A stretch of 63,897 bases of DNA, counting the filler, from Neolecta irregularis DAH-3 (Eukaryota): the NCBI GenBank assembly GCA_001929475.1. It is 16 parts of 16 records of this genome, joined end to end, with 100 filler letters (N's around TTAATTAATTAA, not from the genome) between each part and the next. Parts side by side here need not be neighbours in the genome. Positions count along the whole stretch, not along the records: positions 54,213 to 58,332 come from LXFE01001439.1; positions 58,433 to 62,425 come from LXFE01001442.1; positions 62,526 to 63,897 come from LXFE01001444.1; 13 more parts are not named here. One strand, written 5' to 3'. The notes under the pieces are model-generated. The model was not told the DNA's origin. It ran no database searches and worked only from the letters and a program-made list of their open reading frames with translations. The translations under genes and the position numbers were made by a program. Each line of letters begins with the position of its first letter. The first letter of the stretch is position 1. Below are positions 54,213 to 63,897 of the stretch, in pieces.

Positions 54213-56057
54213 CCCCCCCGCCGCTTCCTGCCCTTCTCACCGGCAGCATCGGCTGCGGCATCTGCCCAAAGAAATGCCCCTTTGGCGCTATCCACATCAT
54301 CAATCTGCCTACAAACCTCGAAAAAGAAGTCGCCCATCGCTACTCCGCAAACAGCTTCAAGCTCCATCGCCTGCCTACCCCGCGCCCAGGCCAGGTCCTC
54401 GGTCTCGTCGGCACAAACGGCATCGGCAAATCAACAGCCCTCAAAATCCTCGCGGGAAAAACAAAACCAAACCTCGGCCAGTACTCCTCCCCTCCAGACT
54501 GGGAAGACATCCTCCGCTACTTTAGAGGAAGCGAACTGCAAAATTATTTCACTAAAATCTTGGAAGACAATCTAAAGGCATCCCCTCCCTTGACGCTCGC
54601 TGACTCCAGGCCTTGATTAAACCACAATACGTAGACCACCTTCCCCGCGCCATCAGAAACGGCCCAAAGAGCGTCTCCATCCTCCTCGATAACAAAAACG
54701 ACCGCGGCAACAAATCAGAAATCCTCGATGCTCTCGATCTCAATCAAGTCCTCGGCAGAGACATTGATCAGCTCTCTGGTGGAGAGCTCCAGAGATTCGC
54801 CATAGCTCTTACTTGCATCCAGCACGCAGACGTGTACTTTTTATTTCCCGCCACAAGATTAACCTTAGCTACATGTTTGACGAGCCCTCGTCCTACCTAG
54901 ATGTCAAACAGCGTCTTAATGCCGCACGACTCATTCGAACCCTCCTTCGACCAGATTCATACGTCATTGTCGTTGAACACGACTTGTCCGTTTTAGATTA
55001 TCTCTCAGACTTCATCTGTGTGCTCTACGGAATGCCCGCAGTCTATGGCGTTGTTACCCTCCCCGCTTCCGTAAGAGAAGGGATAAACATCTTTCTGGAC
55101 GGCCACATACCCACCGAAAACTTGCGATTCCGTCAAGAAGCGCTCCACTTTCGCATCGGGGAAGCCGCTGAAGATCTCATTCTGGAACACACAAACAGCT
55201 ATCAATACCCCGACATGACCAAAACCCTTGGCGACTTCAAATTAACTGTCAAAGCCGGCGACTTTACAAACTCGGAAATCGTCGTCTTGTTGGGCGAAAA
55301 CGGAACTGGGAAAACTACTTTTATTAGACTTCTTGCTGGGGCCATTCAACCAGACGACGGCAGCCGCGTTCCTGAATTAAAAGTTAGCATGAAACCACAA
55401 ACCATCAGTCCGAAATTCATGGGTACAGTCCGACAGCTCTTTTTGAAAAAAATACGTTCGTCATTTACCTTTCCCCAATTCAACACTGATGTCTTGAAAC
55501 CTCTTTCTATAGAGTCTATCATTGACCAACAAGTTCAGAATCTCTCGGGGGGAGAGTTACAGCGTGTTGCTATCGTTCTATGTCTGGGACAACCAGCTGA
55601 TATTTACCTCATCGATGAACCCTCCGCGTACTTGGACTCGGAACAACGAATCATCACCTCAAAAGTTATAAAACGGTATCCCCTCCTTGTGTCTTTCTTA
55701 CCTCAGGTTCATTCTACATGCTAAAAAAACTGCTTTTGTTGTTGAACATGATTTTATAATGGCCACGTATCTTGCTGATCGAGTCATCGTATACGACGGT
55801 CAGCCATCCATTCAAGCAACTGCTAATCAACCACAATCTCTCCTAACCGGAATGAACTCTTTTCTTAAAAGTCTCCAAGTCACGTACTCTTCTTTTGTAT
55901 TTCTGCTGCTAATGACTAGATTTAGACGAGATCCATCCACTTTTAGGCCGCGCATTAATAAAATGAATAGTCAATTGGTATATTCCCTGTCATTCTTTTA
56001 TTGATCGTGTAGGATAGCGAACAAAAGCTTACTGGAAATTACTTTTTTGTCGATTAG
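54213..56057 (+). CDS. RLI1: ABCE1 ribosome recycling ATPase (5' end missing)
   Basis: [29 protein letters not shown] twice, FRRDP..RPRINK. Confidence 0.98.
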
Positions 56058-56238
56058 ATGTAAATGACAATATACTTTTTAAAAAGAGGCGATTTTTCTC
56101 TCGCCCTGTTTTTTCTTGCCATTCAGCCTTGGTGGCGCATCGGTGGTTATCAGAAAATAATTGAGGAAAAGTTTTGCGTCCTCACAAATCTTCCCACAAA
56201 CCCTCTTTCTCTGAACAGCTGATTGGCATATTGAGGAA

Positions 56239-58332
56239 ATGGTCTTTAGAGCTTTTGCTAGACCGAATGTATGTGCTGGGTTCAGATCACTTGCGCTGTT
56301 GAGAAATGGTGAGTACTCTTCTTTTTCCTGGGTAATTGATTGGATAGTTTCACGGAATGCGGTTTCTCCTCAGTTGTGCTTGTCGCTGAAAGGCGTTTCG
56401 GCTGTTCAGCGCATTTCCACGTATCCTCGTCTTGAGCGAGAAGCTGCTGCCGTGCAACAGGACTATGATTTTTTCAGCCCGTTGGACGCAGAAGTCGAAG
56501 CCAATGAATTCGAATCAGAGTCCCCTGAATTCGGAAACAACAATCCTGTTATCCCGTGGAGCTCTCATAAAGATCGTATTGATCCTGTTCTCCTTGATGG
56601 CATCCAGACTGTCTTCAAGTACAAGAATATGACAATGGTTCAGGACGCCATCATCTCTCAAATGCCCTTTCAAAAGGATCTCCTTGTTCGCTCGAAAACT
56701 GGAACAGGAAAAACCCTTGGTTTCCTCGTTCCTGCAATTCAACGAACCTTGGAGAACTACGCTAAAGACGGTGTTAACCAGAAAACGTATGCCAAAGAAC
56801 GTACCTCTGTCTTCATCATATCTCCGACTCGAGAACTCGCGATGCAGATTGCGATGGAAGCGAGACGATTGACTGCTTGTACTACGGGATTCAAGACTAA
56901 TTGCGTCTACGGCGGAGACAAGAAATATCTTCAGCTCCGACGACTAATGAGAGAACGAAACGATATTATCGTTGGTACGCCAGGTCGTATCATTGACTTT
57001 CTCGAATCAGAACCTTTCTTCAAAGGTCTCGTACAAGGCGTGCATACCTTGATCCTCGACGAAGCAGATACCCTTCTCGATATGGGATTTTCAAGCGATA
57101 TCGATCGAATTCAAAGTTACTTGCCTAAAGATAAAGCAACATTTATGTTTAGCGCCACCGTCAAACCACAAATTAAGAGAGTTGCTGCAGGGCTTTTACG
57201 ACCAGGTTATGAATTCGTGGATACAGTTGGTAAAGACGAAACTGATGTTCACGAACAGGTCAAACAGACTTTTATCGTTCGAGATCTTACTGAACATTTA
57301 CGAGCTGTTTTGTCCCTCCTCATTGCTGAGCAAATGAAGAAACCAGACGGGAAAGTCATCGTTTTCTTACAGACTACAAAGGCCGTTGAATTGTATGCCG
57401 GCATCTTTAAAGCCCTTCGACGGCTTTATCACAATGACCACTTTCAACAGTTTTCCATACACTCAGGCTTGACCCAAGATCGTCGAAACAAGACTTCAGA
57501 CGCTTTCAGAAGAGCAAACGTCGGATCGGTCTTATTCAGCTCTGATATTTCGCAAGTTTCTTCTTCTCTTAGGATTAACATTATAGTGCTCGAGGAGTAG
57601 ATTATCCAGGCGTAACTAAAGTCATCCAAGTCGGCGCTCCAGGTAGTAGAGACCTCTACATCCACAGAGTCGGTAGAACCGGCCGTGCCGGTAAAAACGG
57701 AGAAGCGGTTCTCCTTATCGCGCCTTTTGAAAAAGGTTGCATAAAGAATTTGCACGGAATCCCCGTCACCGAACAAATTCTTCCAGACTCGGAAATAGAA
57801 CTTGGACCAGCGGAACAAAAGGTGTTTGATTTGGCGTTTAAATACACCAATCAGGCTGATGTTGAAAGAGCTTTTGCGGCTTATTGCGGTTATTGTATGC
57901 TCCATCGCTTATTTTTGCTAATATACAGTGATACCTAAACGAGGTGAATGGTATGGTGGAGTTGAAGTTGAAACAATCATCAGCGCTCTTCAGAACTGGG
58001 CCTTGTCGTTTGGCTTGGAGTATCCACCTCAATGCTCTGAAGCTTTCCTCAGGAAAATTGGAGCTGGGGGTCGGTCAAGTCACGGACGAGGGGACTTTGG
58101 CCGAGGACGAAACGAAGGTAACAGACCAAGAGCCTTTGGAGATCGAGGAGGATTTCAACGACGAGACAGTGGTTTTGGCGGAGAACGACGAAGCTTTGGT
58201 GATCGAGGCGATCTCTCTGAAGGTGACCCACCCAAACGGGAAAGTCTCTTTGGTGGAGAACGCACTGGAGGGTTTCAAAGGCGTGAAGGTGGATTCGGTG
58301 GAGAACGCACCGGAGGGTTTCAAAGGCGTGAA
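56239..58332 (+). CDS. MSS116: Mitochondrial DEAD-box RNA helicase with RGG-rich tail (3' end missing)
   Basis: KTGTGKT, SPTRELA, TPGR, DEAD, SAT, YIHRVGRTGRAG; presequence-like N-terminus; 39-nt GGFQRRE repeats at the end. Confidence 0.85.
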
Positions 58333-61300
58333 NNNNNNNNNNNNNNNNNNNNNNNNNNNNNNNNNNNNNNNNNNNNTTAATTAATTAANNNNNNNNNNNN
58401 NNNNNNNNNNNNNNNNNNNNNNNNNNNNNNNNGGTTCTACCTTCTGTTAAAAATTGGAATATAGAAGATAGCGTTCGTGATCATATTAGGAAGACGTTGA
58501 GCGATTTAAGTATTTAGGTAGCTACCAGATTGACCCAAATGTCATGGTATTAGATAATTTTCACAAATTCTGGTTTTTCTTTGCATTCAGCATGTAGTCA
58601 ATCGCCTTTGCATTTGCCGCCTCTGTCACAAACGTCCTCATCTACTCTACTGCAACCATCTCCTCAACTCCTCCATCCCCACTCATATATCCCTCTGCGC
58701 AAAGATCCACCCGCAAAGAGCATCGAGAACAAAGGACAAGTCAATATCGAACTCTCACCTGCAGATCTCAAAAAATCAAAGCTCGAAGCAATTTCATTTC
58801 ATGAATACATCTTTGCATAATGCATTTGAAGAAGTTATTATATCAAGAAATAGAGAAGCTGTCCCTAGGGACAAATGGGTTACTTTGTAACCCCAGATTG
58901 CAAAGACTCCCTAAAATATCTCACCCCCAGAGCCCACTCCATGCCCCTTAGGGTTTAGGGTTAGGGTTTGTAATATTGTTGGTAGATTTGAGTTGACTAA
59001 ACTTGCTACCAACAAAGCATTAATGGCATGTGAACGATATCCCCTGAACCTCGCAGAGATGCTATTCCAACCACTGAGTGCCACCCAAACCGCCCACCTA
59101 AGAGTTCTCAAGTGGGTGGGTGGGTGGATTACTAAGCCTCTGGGTGCCACATCAGGTGCCACCCGGTTGCCACACTGCATGCCAGACCCGATCAGCCAAC
59201 CACGGTGGCCCCTCCCGCTGACCCCCGCTGGTCCTCGACAAGCTCTACAAGCGCATGTCCGTTGCCTTCGTTGATCCGCCGCCCACAGACCATCCGGAGC
59301 AATAAGCCCCTTCTCCCCGCTTCCCCGAAGCCGGTGGGCCGTGGGCTTAGCCCGGCCCATTAATAGCCCCTGGGCAATATTGGCTGATACTAGATGACAT
59401 GAACAATTATTTCAACATCCACCTTCTCCCGCTATCCTGCCCGCCCACCCCCAGCGCTCCTCCTTTGTCTTTCTCTACATCGCCCTGTGCTCTCCAGAAT
59501 CCATTTTGCCACTTTGCAGAAACCGTCCTCATCATGTGCGGTGATGAGGTCCTTGACGAAGTCTTTGTGGGAGGAGGGACGGGGCCAGGGGCTACTCTGC
59601 GGACCCTAAACTCCCCCTTCGGCACCTCCGCCCCCGAGTCCAGGTCCATCAAGGCCCGCAGCCTCAACATCGTCCAGGCCCACCCCACCCTGCGCTACAG
59701 CAACTGCCACGACCCGCTCCCCCAGACCAGAGTCTGGCTTGTCCAGAAGTCTCGCGTCCTTCCGCAATTCCGCCAAGATCACTGAAATAGCTGACGATCT
59801 AAATGTAAAAGAAATGAGGAGGCTTATCGAACGCACTGATCGCCGTGCCCAGCGTGGTCTGTCCCGCGTTTTTGGTGCAGGAAGACTGCTCCCCCAACAA
59901 GCGTGGTCCCTCCAGAGTCATGCAGACCTCCCCCCGCCAACTGGCTCCCCTAGAAACACCGCTCGTCTTGTCTACACATGAGTGGAAGGACATCAGCCCC
60001 CACTGTTCAACTCACCTCTCCCTCCTCCTCCTTTTCAGAGTGCTCCCTCCCAGAGTCTCCCCCCTCTCCTCCTTTGATCCACTCGCCTCTCCCTTCCATC
60101 CCTCCTCCCTCATCCTCGCCATCCTGCTGCTCGATGTCCTCCGACTCCTCGCTGCCCCGCTGGGCAACCACACTCACCCTGGCCATCTCAGTCCGTCTCT
60201 GTCTCCCCGCCACGGCTGCCCTGCACATCTCCTGCTCCCACCCATTGCTGTTTGCCCTGTCCCGACGCTTCTCCTGCGTCGCTGTACTCTGCCCCGCTAC
60301 CTTCGCCCTGCACAGCCCCGCTGATTGCATCTGCGTTGACTAGTAGGTACCTCGTTCCTCCGTGTTGCAGCGAATGAGAGAGCTGGATACTTCCATGTTC
60401 TTGGTGATGTCAGCTATGGCGGGATCAACCTTTGGGAAGCGGTCAGCCAACTTGAAACCGCCTTGTTACGCTCTCCATTCAAGGTACCGAAATTGCAGAA
60501 TATAAGCAGACTCTTCAAACTAATACAGCCAAGACGGAATAATTTGTACAGGTAAAATGCAGCCTCGATTTGAAATATTGAGTTCTAGGCCATACAAGAT
60601 GCCAAACATAGGAATGTCTGAAAGAAATCACCATTCACCATGACTTTATCAAGCCAAATAGTTGCCATTACAAAATGACAATTCTCTCTCAAGCTTCAGG
60701 ATCGATTCCATCTTTTCACTAGCTGATAGAATAGACCATTCTCAGAACGAAAACCCTGAACCGTTTCATGTCGCTGGATCTAAACCTCTCGCTGAACCAT
60801 ATACACCGAAACGCTTCTCCAAAATCACAGAGTATCTCGCTCCGAGAATCGGCTATTGGCTCGGGGTTTACAGCAAGAGTAACGTGCGAGGTCATGTTGC
60901 AAGAATCCTAATGGATATGCAAGTAAAATACCAAGTAAGTCCAAGCAAGCAAGTCCAAAGCCCAGACTTGGACTTGCTTACTTGTTAGTAAGTCTGTCCA
61001 TGCCTATTCTTTATGTTGCACTCGTTCCACTCGACCCGCGACGACCTGCGAATCGCCCTGCGCTTCCGCTGCTGCTGATGCCGCAGAAATACGCCGGCCT
61101 GGTCGATCATCAACATTTATTTGAGCTACCCAGCCCTGGCCTCAATTCTATCATTCGGTACAATATTTCAAAATACTTTTTATCAATACAAATTTAACTA
61201 TTCAACACTTATTTTACGGTATTGAAATCGAGACTCTTTATATAGTCTTGCCTTTACATTGTATTTTTTCATATAGCTCTTGTCAGCAGAGGGAACTTTG

Positions 61301-61447
61301 GTTGGGTACTCTGGCAGAGGTACTTCAAATTAGAGTACAACATATAACGAATATCAAGTTAAAGTCTAGTCTGCTAATCAGGCTAGACACTACTTATATA
61401 CAGAATCAGCACATGTGCTAACTACCGTCATCTGTCTGTCCGCCTCC

Positions 61448-62425
61448 CTATTCAAGTGCCGGTTGCGATGGCTGTGATAGCCCACGAATGCCATGTTTAA
61501 TTTCCTTGGGCAATAAGAGATCATCTCCCAAAGAGCGATCAAACTTTTGGTCCAGGCGAGCGGATACTTCGTCGTCATCATCTTGTGATTCATTAGTCGG
61601 GGTAGTAATAGGTCGAGGTGGTATGATTTTCATGTCATCTTGAACTGCTATTGCGCCAACGCCTTTCAGTCCTGCGATTCCGTATCCCATTGCACCTAGT
61701 ATCGCTTTAACCTTTGGCCCTATCAAGCCGATAATGCCTAATCCCCGTTGTAAATTGATGCCAGACGAAGTATTCATCAAATAGTCAGCGTTGTCGTCGA
61801 CGACGTGTGACATATCCCGGGAAAGAGGGATCTCTCGGCCATTATATAAATTGGCATTGAAAACCACGTCTCCTCTCTTCGTTGCAGATCGGAAAGCAGT
61901 TGATATCTGGTTGGGAAAGGGATTTTCGCAAAAAGAATCGCCTTCTCCCCCAATGTTTTTCCAATGTTTGACTTCATTTCCACAACGATTGCTTAGAATC
62001 CTTCTTACTTCATCTGTTGTTATCCAATTATCTCCAAACTTGAACTTGATGAATTTGCAGTACGCAGAGTCATAATGTTGACTGCTAATTGTTTCGCCAG
62101 TATTCACGTCTTTCTTATAGTGGGAAAGAGTAGGCATTAACTTGGACTTTTTCGGATACCATAAAGTGCTGAAGCCAAGTGTGTGTATCATTTCGTGCAT
62201 CAGCTTTTCAAGGTTAAGGTTAGATCCATATAAATTTGGCTGCATTAATTTTAGCGTACTTTGACCAGGTGAACATACGTCGTTCCAATTGACGTTAGGA
62301 TTGAGCATTATCAAACCATCATATTCCATAAAAGGTGCTTGCAATGATTCGTATTCCGTCGGGAAAAACATATTCTTCACAAGTGGCTGTGGATAGTACC
62401 TGGATCGTAAGAAATTTGGGATTTT
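61448..62425 (-). CDS. Zincin-like metalloprotease (HEXXH), 5' end missing
   Basis: LNPNVNW..MHEMIHTLGF..MSHV..DYLM..IGPKVKAILGAMGY. Confidence 0.75.
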   Translation of the reverse strand, partial: KIPNFLRSRYYPQPLVKNMFFPTEYESLQAPFMEYDGLIMLNPNVNWNDVCSPGQSTLKLMQPNLYGSNLNLEKLMHEMIHTLGFSTLWYPKKSKLMPTLSHYKKDVNTGETISSQHYDSAYCKFIKFKFGDNWITTDEVRRILSNRCGNEVKHWKNIGGEGDSFCENPFPNQISTAFRSATKRGDVVFNANLYNGREIPLSRDMSHVVDDNADYLMNTSSGINLQRGLGIIGLIGPKVKAILGAMGYGIAGLKGVGAIAVQDDMKIIPPRPITTPTNESQDDDDEVSARLDQKFDRSLGDDLLLPKEIKHGIRGLSQPSQPALE

Positions 62426-62525
62426 NNNNNNNNNNNNNNNNNNNNNNNNNNNNNNNNNNNNNNNNNNNNTTAATTAATTAANNNNNNNNNNNNNNNNNNN
62501 NNNNNNNNNNNNNNNNNNNNNNNNN

Positions 62526-62962
62526 GGCCATTCTCCGTGGATTGTGGTTACCGGCTTATCTGTAAAAGCGCCCAGCCGTGCAGATTTATAGCAATCAAAG
62601 GGAAGAGATAGCGCCTTTGCGGCGGCGATTCCGAGAAACGCTGCTCTTGACCGTTCGGGTCTTTCTACTATCGTGGAGATATAACGAGCAGGTGCCTGAC
62701 GCGAGTACTTGTGCTTGATGCATGATGGATGTATTATGACGAGGGTACGGTGTTCAGTGGAAGGTGTTGGAGGGGAACTTGGATATGCCACAGGTGTTTG
62801 GGCAGTTTGGGGAGGAGTCTCGGTAGCAGGTTCATCAACCTCTGCGATAGCAGGTGTTTCAGGTAACGAACTAGAGACTGGCAGCGCTGGTTCATGTCTC
62901 AAAGAAAGACCGAGTAAAAGTTGGGCGAGATCTTTATCAGAGTCTGTAGGAGTAGACGACAT
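62526..62962 (-). CDS. HOS3: Histone deacetylase HOS3, 5' part
   Basis: TLVIIHPSCIKHKYSR..STIVERPERSRA..GIAAA..IHG. Confidence 0.85.
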
Positions 62963-63101
62963 TGATTAAGTGGTTTCCGCGCCATGGGCTCAAAGCACGC
63001 CAGACGATCATCATTTATATACACTATTGATACTTTGCCTGCGACTGTTCACTCCGTGCAGAAATTCAGATTTCTTGCAAAAAAGAAGTACGGCTACAAT
63101 A

Positions 63102-63434
63102 TTACACGCTCTCTTTTTTTACACTGTCGTTCGTCTGCTCTTGCAATGCTCCTTGGATGACATATAACCAGGGATACTCGAGAATCTCATACGCAACAGG
63201 TATTTCGCATCTGTTGCATCTCCATTCAATACGCTGTTCGTATCCTTCCGTTCGTTTCAGCGTGACATTGTGCCGTGTAGCAAAAATACGATATTTGACG
63301 TCTGCTGGAACTATTATTGATTGGTCGTATGGTCTGATCGGGAATGTCGACAAAGGGTGAGAGGTTGTTAGGGTGAACTCGGAGCAAGGACAGTAGTAAA
63401 GCGGAGGATTGATCGCCGAATCCTGTGGATCCAT
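63102..63434 (-). CDS. STEEP1/CXorf56 (UPF0428)-like zinc-binding protein
   Basis: YYCPC..PIRPYDQSII..LKRTEGYEQR..RCNRCEIPVAY. Confidence 0.75.
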   Translation of the reverse strand: MDPQDSAINPPLYYCPCSEFTLTTSHPLSTFPIRPYDQSIIVPADVKYRIFATRHNVTLKRTEGYEQRIEWRCNRCEIPVAYEILEYPWLYVIQGALQEQTNDSVKKESV

Positions 63435-63578
63435 GCAACTTGAGGTTTGGTAAAGTTCGCCAAGCGTATAATGTTGAAGATAACTGGAGTTTCCTTGCCA
63501 ATGTTTTCAATCTCGGAGGCTGTCTAAAGATGTGAATAGCGACTGTAAATATTCTTTCTGGATGTCAAAACACACGTG

Positions 63579-63897
63579 ATGTTTAGAACTCACAACTTGG
63601 ATACCAAATCCCAGTTATCAACCAGTCTGAAGGCAGAAACCAATAACTTTAACATTATGAAAACGACGGCCCGCGAGGTTCCTCTTGTTTCGCAAGAGAC
63701 CATTCAGATACTCAAATCGTCGCTTGACGCGAGGAAAACAGCATCTTTTGTAACACTAGCTTGGGTAGAAAAGCTTGTCTCAACGACGGATAAGAAAACT
63801 CTCAAGCATGCGGTATATGGCAATATGATTCCAGCCTTACAATCCAGGCTCGTTATTTCCGGCCGGGAGATTACGAAGATTTGATTATCGAGCGAAA
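63579..63897 (+). CDS. 5' part of an unidentified gene
   Basis: About 100-codon ORF divergent from the STEEP1-like gene, running to the window end. Confidence 0.4.

Noticed and set aside
58581..58820. 79-codon ORF
   Set aside because: No ATG start or recognisable motif; cannot be supported as a gene

Overview
Eukaryotic, intron-rich fungal DNA. Very short introns (about 32-45 nt), compact intergenic spaces and the gene content suggest an early-diverging ascomycete (Taphrinomycotina/Neolecta-like); this is inference. The window is not contiguous: 16 small contigs are joined by 15 artificial 100-nt linkers (N..TTAATTAATTAA..N), so synteny across linkers is meaningless. Housekeeping genes recognised: SYF1, allantoicase DAL2, a TFIIIC delta subunit, Mo25/HYM1, an LTE1-like RasGEF, RMT3, SEC18, a Nudix hydrolase, an acetyl-CoA transporter, RPS4, Derlin, a Zn2Cys6 factor, SUP45, DUF1640, VPS37, COG1, a UPF0014 permease, TCO89-like, RLI1, MSS116-like, HOS3 and STEEP1-like. 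The accessory contigs are the most interesting. (i) A dispersed family of secreted proteins combines a conserved signal-peptide cassette, a PAN/apple-like 4-Cys header, an intron at the same position and a highly divergent C-terminal domain; one member ends in an NLS-like tail. It is a candidate modular, polymorphic effector system showing birth and death of copies. (ii) A second, tandemly duplicated secreted orphan family has a signal peptide split by a micro-exon and is invisible in the ORF track. (iii) A nested PIF/Harbinger plus hAT non-autonomous element lies between two GT25 genes. Also present are gene relics (NTM1 fragment, deleted NBP35), an HEXXH metalloprotease and an unannotated small 3-exon gene.
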